IMG/VR virus record: IMGVR_UViG_3300032249_000542
Location: 1 to 64,000 of that record
Origin: a virus
Length of the DNA stretch: 64,000 nucleotides
Reading direction: 5' to 3' (one strand)
A model generated the notes under the pieces. That model did not search any database. It was not told the origin of the DNA and worked only from the letters and a program-made list of their open reading frames with translations. A program made the translations under genes and the position numbers. This document shows, one piece after another, positions 46,413-55,945 of the stretch; positions within the stretch are counted from its first letter, which is position 1, and every line of letters starts with the position of its first letter.

Positions 46413-47002
46413 CAGGGTATGAAACATTCGCTCTCTTTCATCCACTAAAATTACACTTTACAACAGACTATGATTATTTCAAGTACAATGGAAAGTGTAA
46501 TATTAGTATGGATGCTTTTGAGAGACGAAAAGACAAATATCATTTCTACAAATTGTCACGTAAGTATACCAACGATGAAGAATTAAAGTGGTTTCTTATT
46601 GCCAATCTTGTAGAAAACGATAAACTGTGGGTTGGTGATTTGTTAGGTGATGGTGCGGATCAAAACTTTAAGAGAAGGCAAAAAACCCTACAGTCATTGA
46701 CATACACATTTGAAAATGACTGTAGGAACATCTTTGATGGAGTTGAAAATCCAAACGAATTACTTAGATGCAAGAATGGTGAATATCCACCTCTGCTTAC
46801 AAAGTATTTGCATAGGGATGTACAGATCGAAACAATTTGTATCCTTTCTAGAATACTTGGTCTGACAGATATCTGGAATTCCTGTATTGCTGAAAACATT
46901 CGTTGGCCAACTTTACGAAATACATTTTTAAAATATACACCGTTTCTTCCACAAGATATTACACCTTTTAAGTTAAAACTAAAAATCATAATAAATGAAT
47001 AA
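46409..47002 (+). CDS. 59: helicase loader gp59
   Basis: LKLHF...YDYFKYNGK...F..RKDKY.F.KL. Confidence 0.88.
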   Translation: MTGYETFALFHPLKLHFTTDYDYFKYNGKCNISMDAFERRKDKYHFYKLSRKYTNDEELKWFLIANLVENDKLWVGDLLGDGADQNFKRRQKTLQSLTYTFENDCRNIFDGVENPNELLRCKNGEYPPLLTKYLHRDVQIETICILSRILGLTDIWNSCIAENIRWPTLRNTFLKYTPFLPQDITPFKLKLKIIINE

Positions 47003-47864
47003 ACTACTTCTCATTCTTGCGATTGTATCAATGGGTGCGTTAGCTAAAGAATCTGAACCATCCGTTTTACATTTCGATTCTACTGAAAATAGAATGGAGT
47101 ATAATCAAAACATTAGCAAGGTAAGATCACTAGCAAGTCTTACTAAACTAATGACTGCTATGGTTTCTTTGGACTATGACTCAAATATGCTACGTGAGGT
47201 TGAGTTAAAACCATTGGCGAGTACAAAACTCCCAAAACGTAATTATTCACGAAGTGAACTTTTCCATGCAATGTTGATCCGTAGTGACAATGGTGCAGCA
47301 GAAACGATTGCTTCTGATTACCCAGGTGGTCGTGCTAAATTCATTGCAGCTATGAATAACAAGGCAAAGGAAATGGGTTTAACAAGTACGTATTTCAAAG
47401 ACCCTTCTGGTTTGAGTGCAAGTAATGTGAGTACGGCTCTTGATGTTATGGATATGGTTACTGCTGCATCAACCTATGCAATCATTCGTGAAACTAGTGT
47501 AAAGAAACAGGCAATAATTGAAATGCAGTATAAAAAGAAGGTGCGTACCATTGCATTGAAAAATACTAACCATGCACTATTGTTTGAATTTGATAATGTG
47601 ATTACAAGCAAGACTGGATATACTGTACCTGCAGGTTGGTGTGTTGCAATGATGGTAGAACGATTAGAGAAAGCACCAGAACCCGACAAAGATATCATTG
47701 GTCGCCTTATAGATTTCTACAACGGTAAACCAACTATAGAATCAGGTAAAGGTGTTATTCATCGCCACGTAATTGTGGTAATGGGTGCTAAAAATCCAAA
47801 GGATCGTATTGACAAAGTGAAGGATATCATGTACAATGAGATATTGGATAACGAACTACCATGA
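46995..47864 (+). CDS. peptidase S11 D-Ala-D-Ala endo/carboxypeptidase (PBP7-like)
   Basis: Signal peptide; SLTK (SxxK), SDN, KTG. Confidence 0.88.
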   Translation: MNKLLLILAIVSMGALAKESEPSVLHFDSTENRMEYNQNISKVRSLASLTKLMTAMVSLDYDSNMLREVELKPLASTKLPKRNYSRSELFHAMLIRSDNGAAETIASDYPGGRAKFIAAMNNKAKEMGLTSTYFKDPSGLSASNVSTALDVMDMVTAASTYAIIRETSVKKQAIIEMQYKKKVRTIALKNTNHALLFEFDNVITSKTGYTVPAGWCVAMMVERLEKAPEPDKDIIGRLIDFYNGKPTIESGKGVIHRHVIVVMGAKNPKDRIDKVKDIMYNEILDNELP

Positions 47865-47960
47865 AGTACATTTACAAGGTGACTATATACTAGTATATAA
47901 TGCATACTGTGAATAAGATGTTATACAAAACTATACAACGCAAATACGAAAGGAAATACA

Positions 47961-48860
47961 ATGTCAGACTTTTCTCAATTCAAACGCAATCGTAATTCTC
48001 TAGAGAAACTTACGAAAGCGATTCAAGATACTAATCAACCAGCAGAAAGTGGATCAAAAGAAGATACACGTTTCTGGCAACCTGAAGTAGATAAAGCAGG
48101 AAACGGAATGGCAATCATTCGTTTTCTCCCAGGTTCTTCTATTGACGGTGACGATGCACTTCCATGGGTTCGTGTATTCAATCACGGCTTCCAAGGACCA
48201 GGTGGTTGGTATATCGAAAACTCCCTAACGACACTTGGACAAAAAGATCCAGTCTCAGAATACAATTCTACTCTATGGAATTCGGGTATTGAAGCGAATA
48301 AAGAAATCGCACGTAAACAGAAACGCCGTTTAACTTATATCTCCAACATTCTTGTTGTTTCAGATCCGAAGCATCCAGAGAACGAAGGTCAGATCAAGTT
48401 ATACAAGTATGGTAAGAAAATATTTGATAAGATTAATGAAACTATGAATCCAGAGTTTCCGGATGAGAAGCCAGTTAATCCATTTGACTTCTGGGAAGGT
48501 GCTAACTTCAAACTAAAGATTCGTCAAGTAGAAGGTTATCGCAACTACGACAAATCAGAGTTTGAATCTCCTGCACCTTTGTTTGATGGTGATGATGATA
48601 AACTTGAAGCATTGTGGAAAAAAGAATACTCACTCAAAGAGTTCTTAGAACCAAAACACTTCAAGTCTTATGATGTACTAAAAGCAAAACTTGATAAGGT
48701 ATTGGGTTTTGATGGTGAATCACCTATTGCCAAAACTAAGGCAGAAGATGCTAAGTTGAAAACATATGATGATGACGTACAAGAAATAATGTCAAAGAAA
48801 TTGCCCGCACTTGATGAGGATGATGAATTGAACTATTTCAAATCACTAGCAAACGATTAA
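47961..48860 (+). CDS. 32: ssDNA-binding protein gp32
   Basis: D.RFW, IRFLP, GGWYIENS.TT, PFDFWEGANFKLKI, acidic tail. Confidence 0.95.
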   Translation: MSDFSQFKRNRNSLEKLTKAIQDTNQPAESGSKEDTRFWQPEVDKAGNGMAIIRFLPGSSIDGDDALPWVRVFNHGFQGPGGWYIENSLTTLGQKDPVSEYNSTLWNSGIEANKEIARKQKRRLTYISNILVVSDPKHPENEGQIKLYKYGKKIFDKINETMNPEFPDEKPVNPFDFWEGANFKLKIRQVEGYRNYDKSEFESPAPLFDGDDDKLEALWKKEYSLKEFLEPKHFKSYDVLKAKLDKVLGFDGESPIAKTKAEDAKLKTYDDDVQEIMSKKLPALDEDDELNYFKSLAND

Positions 48861-48865
48861 TCGTT

Positions 48866-48892
48866 AATCCCCGCTTCGGCGGGGATTTTTTA
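48866..48892. terminator. intrinsic terminator between convergent genes
   Basis: AATCCCCGC-TTCG-GCGGGGATT then a T run. Confidence 0.9.
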
Positions 48893-51139
48893 CTAATTAG
48901 AACCACGGGCTACTCTGCGTAGTCCTTCCTCAGTAGCTATTAAGTCATAATTATATACAGTATCACTAATAACCCTATCTCCACTATTTCCATTCTTTTG
49001 TGACGATTTTGTAGAAGCGTCTGCTAACTGGAATAAAGAAGTTGATAGGTCACCGAACATATCACCAAACATAGAAAGGATCAATTCTGTTTCAGACATC
49101 TTTTCATACTTGTTTAATCCAGGTTGATTTTTTGGTGTTGTATTTTCTTGACTAGGAGCACTTTTTGAATTGCTAGCAAGTTGTTGTGAGGATCCCACTT
49201 TCTTTCCACCTTCTCCAACTCCAGAAGGCTCAGCACCATATGCAGTTTCCCATGATGCAAATTTCATAGCTCCAGGATTATTCATTCTATTAGGTAATGA
49301 CCCTGGTTTGAAGAATCCTTCTTGTCTAGCTTGTTCATTCAACAACGCAACTTTCTGTGCTTCCGATAAATCACTAAATTTAGTTGATGCGATTGAAACT
49401 CCTATAGCTTTTTCAAGTCCTTTTCCATAATTTTCAGTTGCATCAGGTGCCCAAGATTTAAGAGCTTCTGCAATAGTCTTTTTTGAATAAAATGGTTTTT
49501 CCCAAAGAGCTCTTTGAGCTTTAAACCCAGCTTCAGCTGATGGAAATTTAGCAAATTGATCCGAACCTTTTCCTTTTCCATCATCACTTGAGGTCAATTC
49601 CGAAACCGTAGATTTACTTGATTCAAAATTATCTGCATAGACTTTTTTGAAATCAAATCTTTCTAGATTTTTCATTTCTTTTTGTGGATCCAACATACGT
49701 AAAACTCTTTCATCCCGACTCATCAAATCTCTAATTCTACCTATAGTTAAACCTTCATATTTTCCGTCTTTTATGTTTTTTTCTATTTCTGCAGGAGTTC
49801 CCTCTCCTCTTAGAGAAGCATATTCTATCCACCACCTTCTGGTGTCAGGAAGATTTAAATTTAATGGAGCATCATCTCCTCTCTCTGTATTTAATTGAAT
49901 AATTCCCGCACCTTTTTCGATCTGAGATTCTAGTTGCTTTATTGCTCCTTCTTTTCCTTCATATTTTTTTTCATATCTTTTTGCTTCATCCTTGTCCCTA
50001 GATGTGGTTAACCCCGCATATGCTTTTGCAGCACCTGCACCTAAAGCTGCTCCAAGTAATGATCCTACTCCTGCTATCGGTGATCCAATAACTGCACCTA
50101 AAGCAGCACCAATCAATACATATATTGTATCTTTATTTTGATCCATCCATAGTCTTGTATATCCCATTATATCTTTACCAACCGCAATCATTACATCACC
50201 TAATGTTTTTGCTGCAGCCAATCCATGTGCTAGAATGGTATTGAAAGTACCTTTAATATTTTTTTCTATAGAACTAGTTGTTTCTTCTAATGATTTGGAC
50301 GCTTTATTTAAGTTTGTAGTGAAAAAAGTTGTATTGAATGTCTCATCTAATTTTCTGGCAAATCCAGTCATAAAAGTTTCACCTTCTTTTATACCAAAAA
50401 ATTCCTTTAAACTTTTGCTAATTCCATCAAATGCATCACCAAATACTGAGTAAAGATCAGTACCAATTTTTTTAAAATTAATACTTTTAGCTAAACTATA
50501 AATAACATATCCTCCAGCTATTAATCCTATTATTCCTGGTAAACCAAAACCAGTCATTGCAGTTAATCCACTTAAAAATGCACCACCAATACTGCCAATA
50601 GTTCCAATTAGTCCAGAAATTATAGCTCCACCAAGTCCAAGAACTCCTCCCCCAATTGATCCTAACGTATCTGTAATTCCACCAAACATTCCAGATTTTG
50701 CTGCTGGACCACTAGTTGATGGAGCTATAGATGGATTAGGTTCTGGTGTTAAAGACTTACCATAATTTTCTCGGGTCTTTGGTTTTAGTCCTTGTTTCTT
50801 TGCCATCATCTGAATATTCTGCCTCATGATATTCATGTCTTTTGCAATAATAGGTAAGAACATAGAATTCCTAGCCATTATTCTAGAACTTGCAGCTTGT
50901 GCTGTAGCAGACTTAGATTGTATTGAAGGACCTTTTGGGCCAGCATATTTGTAAGATTTTCCAAATTGCTTTTCTAAAATAGCTCCTAATATTCCAGATT
51001 TAGGAAGCATATTTCTTACGTCACGTTTTTCTTTTTGCGACTCAGAAATTGCTGTACCTAAGCTGGATATTGCTCCTTTACCGGAGTTCAATTCTTGACG
51101 AAATATAGTTTCAAATCTTGATGTTGGTCTTTTAGCCAT
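48893..51139 (-). CDS. tail length / baseplate hub protein (tape-measure-like, gp29 position)
   Basis: 748 aa, Gly/Ala-rich hydrophobic stretches, NNPG motif; follows the 26/51 pair. Confidence 0.65.
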   Translation of the reverse strand: MAKRPTSRFETIFRQELNSGKGAISSLGTAISESQKEKRDVRNMLPKSGILGAILEKQFGKSYKYAGPKGPSIQSKSATAQAASSRIMARNSMFLPIIAKDMNIMRQNIQMMAKKQGLKPKTRENYGKSLTPEPNPSIAPSTSGPAAKSGMFGGITDTLGSIGGGVLGLGGAIISGLIGTIGSIGGAFLSGLTAMTGFGLPGIIGLIAGGYVIYSLAKSINFKKIGTDLYSVFGDAFDGISKSLKEFFGIKEGETFMTGFARKLDETFNTTFFTTNLNKASKSLEETTSSIEKNIKGTFNTILAHGLAAAKTLGDVMIAVGKDIMGYTRLWMDQNKDTIYVLIGAALGAVIGSPIAGVGSLLGAALGAGAAKAYAGLTTSRDKDEAKRYEKKYEGKEGAIKQLESQIEKGAGIIQLNTERGDDAPLNLNLPDTRRWWIEYASLRGEGTPAEIEKNIKDGKYEGLTIGRIRDLMSRDERVLRMLDPQKEMKNLERFDFKKVYADNFESSKSTVSELTSSDDGKGKGSDQFAKFPSAEAGFKAQRALWEKPFYSKKTIAEALKSWAPDATENYGKGLEKAIGVSIASTKFSDLSEAQKVALLNEQARQEGFFKPGSLPNRMNNPGAMKFASWETAYGAEPSGVGEGGKKVGSSQQLASNSKSAPSQENTTPKNQPGLNKYEKMSETELILSMFGDMFGDLSTSLFQLADASTKSSQKNGNSGDRVISDTVYNYDLIATEEGLRRVARGSN

Positions 51140-51279
51140 TATCGCTTTCTGTTATTTTTTTCTGCTTCCATTTTTTGTTTTTCTGCTTCTAAGAAATTAA
51201 CCAATAAAGTTAAGTATATTTCTCTTTCCCACGGAATCATATTTTCCAATTCTGTTAAACTATATTTGTGATGCTGCAT
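51139..51279 (-). CDS. 51: gp51-like baseplate hub assembly protein (first ATG; probably reached by frameshift)
   Basis: MQHHKYSLTELENMIPWEREIY; frame is open upstream to the end of gene 26. Confidence 0.75.
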   Translation of the reverse strand: MQHHKYSLTELENMIPWEREIYLTLLVNFLEAEKQKMEAEKNNRKR

Positions 51280-51329
51280 TAATGAAAAGTTAGTTTGGTA
51301 GTAATTGGAAAGATTATCATGAGAAAGAG

Positions 51330-52067
51330 TTAACCGAAAAAACTTTGTACACCTTCTAAATTTATCTTTTCTTCAAATCCACACTTAGAACAATTAAAAT
51401 CTAATTCTTTTGATATTTTAGGCATAGTATCAAAGAACGCTTTTATTTTTTCCAAGTGTTGCTGTTGCATACTATCAATAAATTCATTTATTTCATCTTT
51501 TTCTAAATCTTTTACATAGTAGATATTATCTTTATCAAAAATATAGTCTATACATTTAATAATAAGTTCAAAAAGAATTTCTTCCTCATTCTTTCCTTGA
51601 AACTTTTGCATAATTTCAAAGCTAGGGTACTTCATAACAATACCTAAATTATCAGTTATCATTATTTTGTTAGTGTGTTCTTCACCAAATTTTGGATTAA
51701 TCTCAAGTACGTTAATATCAAATTTTTGTGAACCTGGGCAAATATTTTGATTTCCTTCAGGGTCAATAGATAAAACATTGTTACATTTATATGTAACATT
51801 TACCACTTCTCCTACTGACCTTGCACGAAGGTTTAGAAATAAAAACTCCAAATCAAATACAGGTAATGCATCAATATCTAATTCTGAAATTAGGCAATTT
51901 TTTAATGCCTGTTTGATTGAACTGATTACTTCCTCTATTTCCGATGACTGTGATGCCATCAAAAGTAATTTTTGTTCCTTTACTAGGAATGGTCTAAATT
52001 TTACTATTTGATTATTCGATGGTAATGTTGCTTCATAAATCGGCACATCAATTTTTGGTAAAGCCAT
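51330..52067 (-). CDS. 26: gp26-like baseplate hub subunit
   Basis: MALPK...FRPFLVKE.K.LL...RARSVGE...FF..MPK...C.KC...G..SFF. Confidence 0.85.
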   Translation of the reverse strand: MALPKIDVPIYEATLPSNNQIVKFRPFLVKEQKLLLMASQSSEIEEVISSIKQALKNCLISELDIDALPVFDLEFLFLNLRARSVGEVVNVTYKCNNVLSIDPEGNQNICPGSQKFDINVLEINPKFGEEHTNKIMITDNLGIVMKYPSFEIMQKFQGKNEEEILFELIIKCIDYIFDKDNIYYVKDLEKDEINEFIDSMQQQHLEKIKAFFDTMPKISKELDFNCSKCGFEEKINLEGVQSFFG

Positions 52068-52083
52068 AAAAACTCCTTAATAA

Positions 52084-52863
52084 TTATCTATTAAATAAAC
52101 CAGTAAACGCATTTTGTACTTCTCCGATAGCTCTTGCTCCCAGAACTCCACCTACAGCTGCAGCGATTTCATTGCCATCATATTTTCCGTCATATATTGT
52201 TCTATATTTGTGATATGAAAACTGAACTGTTAATCTATGTAGGTTATCATCTGACCAAGAAAGTTGTTGTGATGATATACCAATAGGATATGCATCCATT
52301 AATTCTACGGAATATATTTGTTTTACGAAATCATCGTATTGAATTATTTTTAGTTGGGTCATGTATCCAGACCCACTTTCACCTTTTGCAAATCTAAAAT
52401 TATTTGTTTTTGGTGATCTTATTGATTCTAACCAAGCATCAAATAGTTTTCTCTCACTAAATTCATTATTACAAATGAAGGTTAAAGATATATCATTATA
52501 TACCGTTTGATTTGGAACCTTAAATGTTGGACCATATGTTTTTACGTCAGTTGTAGAATAAGACTTTCCTGGAATTTCTGTTGCTTCACATTGTAATGCT
52601 AACCATCTTGTTGCATCATTTCTCCAACTGAAACTTTGATCTGCTCCTCTTTTTTTATCGTCTCCAAATGGTGCGGTAGATTCACCTCGTGCTATTGAAC
52701 CTATAACTTCATTTGGAAAATTCAATAAATTTGAAAGAAAGTTATCCTCAAATCTTTTACTAAGATATAGTGGAATTGGAATTATAACTTGAAAACGACT
52801 AGACTTTGCCGGACCACCTTTTGCCTTAATGTTGGCAAGAAATAGATTTGGTGAAAATGACAT
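52084..52863 (-). CDS. 54: baseplate tail tube initiator gp54-like
   Basis: GG.AK..RF.V; C....PG; AYP; V.F.Y. Confidence 0.7.
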   Translation of the reverse strand: MSFSPNLFLANIKAKGGPAKSSRFQVIIPIPLYLSKRFEDNFLSNLLNFPNEVIGSIARGESTAPFGDDKKRGADQSFSWRNDATRWLALQCEATEIPGKSYSTTDVKTYGPTFKVPNQTVYNDISLTFICNNEFSERKLFDAWLESIRSPKTNNFRFAKGESGSGYMTQLKIIQYDDFVKQIYSVELMDAYPIGISSQQLSWSDDNLHRLTVQFSYHKYRTIYDGKYDGNEIAAAVGGVLGARAIGEVQNAFTGLFNR

Positions 52864-53441
52864 TAGAATTTTTCCTCTGATTCTGCGAATACTTGATTTT
52901 TAGATGCCTTTGCAAAGTTCTCCATTGGTAACAATGCAGCAATATCCCATTCGTTTGCATCGATTTGTACGAATTTGGATTGAATGTGTTTATACAAATA
53001 TTTCTTTAGACAAGGAGTGTGTTCGTATATTCTTGAAGTGTTTTTAAGGTAATGGTAATTTACTCTTAATCTGGTACTTGCATCATAACGGTTGTTCGTA
53101 TTTGTTTCACTCAACTTGTCTAAAAATATTAATCTTTGTCTCGGACGAATGTAATGCAGATTCAATCCAAGGAACCCATCGCCATGTTCTTCAATAGGTA
53201 TGACTAAAGGAAACTTGTCATAGTATTTCATAAACTCTTTAGTCTTTGGATCGTAGTAATAGAAATACATATTACCTACAATTGAACTATCCCTCAGTCT
53301 AGGTTTATCTTCCATCAGTCTAGTCCTTGACGGATTTAGACTTTTGACTTTAGATTGTAACCACGCACGAGCTTTTTCAGTACGAGGTGCCAATCCCTCA
53401 TTTCTTAAAGACTTTTCTATTCGATTTATTAAGTATGCCAT
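52863..53441 (-). CDS. 2: DNA end protector gp2
   Basis: YDPKTK...YYD.FPL...GLNLHY. Confidence 0.9.
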   Translation of the reverse strand: MAYLINRIEKSLRNEGLAPRTEKARAWLQSKVKSLNPSRTRLMEDKPRLRDSSIVGNMYFYYYDPKTKEFMKYYDKFPLVIPIEEHGDGFLGLNLHYIRPRQRLIFLDKLSETNTNNRYDASTRLRVNYHYLKNTSRIYEHTPCLKKYLYKHIQSKFVQIDANEWDIAALLPMENFAKASKNQVFAESEEKF

Positions 53442-53453
53442 TGTCTATTTATC

Positions 53454-53885
53454 TCACAAACCAAGGTGTTTCTCAGTTATGATTTTAAATTCCCACCCAT
53501 TGTCTTTGCAGAATTCAATAGCCGCTTTCCACTTGGATTGGTTGACAATGTAAGTCATAGATTCCTGAATGTACTTTTTAGTCTGCCGTTTCTGCTCAGG
53601 TTTCTTGGTTTGAATCTCAGGTTTGACTTCAATCACATACGTCATAACGGTACCATCTTTGCGTTTCATCTTTGCCACAAAGTCTGGGAAATAACGATGT
53701 TTCTTATTGTCAATTGGATTGTAGTATGGTATAATAAGCTCTTCGGACGCCCACCAGATTACCTCCGGATGGTCGTCTAGATACTTCATTACACGTAGTT
53801 CCCACAGAGAACGGTAAATGACATTATTTGCATTTCCGTTGTATTTTGTAGGGTTCTTGGGTTTAAATGTTCCTTTGTATGACAT
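53454..53885 (-). CDS. 4: head completion nuclease gp4
   Basis: KY.G....YRSLWE, W.SEE, RYFPDF, IEVKP. Confidence 0.92.
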   Translation of the reverse strand: MSYKGTFKPKNPTKYNGNANNVIYRSLWELRVMKYLDDHPEVIWWASEELIIPYYNPIDNKKHRYFPDFVAKMKRKDGTVMTYVIEVKPEIQTKKPEQKRQTKKYIQESMTYIVNQSKWKAAIEFCKDNGWEFKIITEKHLGL

Positions 53886-53919
53886 AAATACTATCTAGTT
53901 AATCTCTCAAGGCAACCCT

Positions 53920-55305
53920 ATGCAATTCAATTTTTTTGACGTACAATATAATACAGAGGAAATCACTAAACCTATTCCCTCTAGTATTAATAACGACAGA
54001 TTTAATACTAGACGTTATCCCATAGATTTAGGAAATGTAGATAAAGGACATTACGTTTTCTTTACTATCTATCAGCAGATTAGATCCTCATCTGCAACAA
54101 GAACTCCGTTGGCACATATGGAACGTGGGCAAGTTGGAAATCAAACAGCAACCACTAGACAAGTTTTGTCAAAAGAAGGAGTGGTTAATACAGGAACAGT
54201 AGTGGGATATGGGCAAGAAATAGTTGAAGGTGTGGTTAATACAATTTGGTCTGGAGCACAAAACTTTGCATCTAAGCCAGAATTTGCGGAACTTGTAAAA
54301 AGAAATAAAGCTGCATTTACGGCAGTATCAGATACAGTAAATTCCGGAGTCAATGCATTTAAATCGACTACACGAATTGAATCTGTAACTGGTGAAAACT
54401 TGTTTAATCAAGTTGAATTGATAAAAGATGCTATTGCTTTGTATATGCCAGACACCCTAGCATTTTCAAGCAGTCAAAACTATTCGGATGTATCTATGTC
54501 TGATATTGGATTAGGATTGGTTGGAGTTTCTGCTTTAAATAGTTTAAAGTCTGGTGGACTAACAAAAGAAAATATAGCAAAAACTATTGGTGGAAATATC
54601 AGTCCGTTTTTATATGCCGGATTAAAAAAACAATTAGGATCAGCTGGAACTAATTTGTTTACGGCATTTACTGGTCAAGTAATGAATCCTCAACTTGAAC
54701 TGTTATACACAAGTCCAAGTTTTAGAGAATTTAGTTTTGATTTTGCATTTTATCCAAGAAGTCAAAAAGAAGCAAGAGATGTGTTTGACATTATAGAGTT
54801 ATTCAGATTCCACTCTGCACCAGAAATAAAAACTGGAGAAGCCGGTTTCTTTCTATATCCTCCATCACTTTTTGATGTTGAGTTTAGATATGGATCCACA
54901 GAAAACGTAAACTTACCAAAATTATCTAGTTGCGTATTGACTAGGGTGGATGTTGACTATGCACCAAATGGATTTGCTGCGTATGAGACTGGAGAACCTC
55001 GTGAAACAAAATTAACTTCCGAGTTAGGTGGAACAGGTACTCCTGTTGCAACAAGAATGACTCTACACTTTAAAGAAACTATTGTTCAATCTAAACATAC
55101 AATTCTTTATCAAAATCAAAATAAAACATTTAAAACAAGTGGAGATAATTCTGTTTCTGTAACTGCTCCAGTAAAAGTTACAGAATCTAGTGCATCCGTA
55201 CCACAAGCTAAATCTACTGCGGAAATGGGTGCAGTTCCTGTAGTGGAATTAATTGTAGATGGAAGACAACCACCAGTGCAGATATATCCTCCTGGGGCAA
55301 TTTAA
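53920..55305 (+). CDS. 48: baseplate tail tube cap gp48
   Basis: YP.DL; LYMP; NPQLELLY...FR.F.F.F...P.S..EA. Confidence 0.85.
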   Translation: MQFNFFDVQYNTEEITKPIPSSINNDRFNTRRYPIDLGNVDKGHYVFFTIYQQIRSSSATRTPLAHMERGQVGNQTATTRQVLSKEGVVNTGTVVGYGQEIVEGVVNTIWSGAQNFASKPEFAELVKRNKAAFTAVSDTVNSGVNAFKSTTRIESVTGENLFNQVELIKDAIALYMPDTLAFSSSQNYSDVSMSDIGLGLVGVSALNSLKSGGLTKENIAKTIGGNISPFLYAGLKKQLGSAGTNLFTAFTGQVMNPQLELLYTSPSFREFSFDFAFYPRSQKEARDVFDIIELFRFHSAPEIKTGEAGFFLYPPSLFDVEFRYGSTENVNLPKLSSCVLTRVDVDYAPNGFAAYETGEPRETKLTSELGGTGTPVATRMTLHFKETIVQSKHTILYQNQNKTFKTSGDNSVSVTAPVKVTESSASVPQAKSTAEMGAVPVVELIVDGRQPPVQIYPPGAI

Positions 55306-55306
55306 A

Positions 55307-55945
55307 ATGTCAAAATACTTTTCTTATTTTCCAACAACTTTATACAAATCTTCCGATAGTGGAAATGATTTAAATTTAGTTACGAACTTAATGACACGAT
55401 TCAAAATGCAAGAATCGTTAAAAACTAATAGTGCAGCCTATACTACATACTCTATTAAAGATGGTGACACTCCTGAAATCTTAGCTTATAAATTTTATGG
55501 AGATGTTGAGTATCATTGGGTAATTCTCACATATAATAATTTACTGGACCCACAATTTAATTGGCCTCTTGAAGAAAGAACATTAAATAGATACATAAAT
55601 TCAAAATATGAATCACTAGCTGATACTGCGAATAACGAAACTGGATTAATTTGGTCAAGGTCAAATATTCACTCTTATTATAAAGAGTTGACAACAGTTA
55701 CATCCAAGAATTTTTCACATACTCAAATTATTCAAATTGATGCACCAACATATGCAAATACTGTTACCGCAACAAGCACTATAACTTTAACTAGTGGTGA
55801 TTCTGTGACAAAATCTGTTGTGAAAGGTTCTAAAACATATTTTCAATATGAGTATGGTGTGAATGAAAGTTTAAGAACGATAAAATTGTTAAAACCCGAA
55901 TTTATATTTGCGCTAAGAGATGAATTACGTAGAACATTATCATAA
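55307..55945 (+). CDS. 53: baseplate wedge gp53
   Basis: YFSYFP; DGDTPE.LA.KFYG...HWVIL..N...P...WP. Confidence 0.88.
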   Translation: MSKYFSYFPTTLYKSSDSGNDLNLVTNLMTRFKMQESLKTNSAAYTTYSIKDGDTPEILAYKFYGDVEYHWVILTYNNLLDPQFNWPLEERTLNRYINSKYESLADTANNETGLIWSRSNIHSYYKELTTVTSKNFSHTQIIQIDAPTYANTVTATSTITLTSGDSVTKSVVKGSKTYFQYEYGVNESLRTIKLLKPEFIFALRDELRRTLS

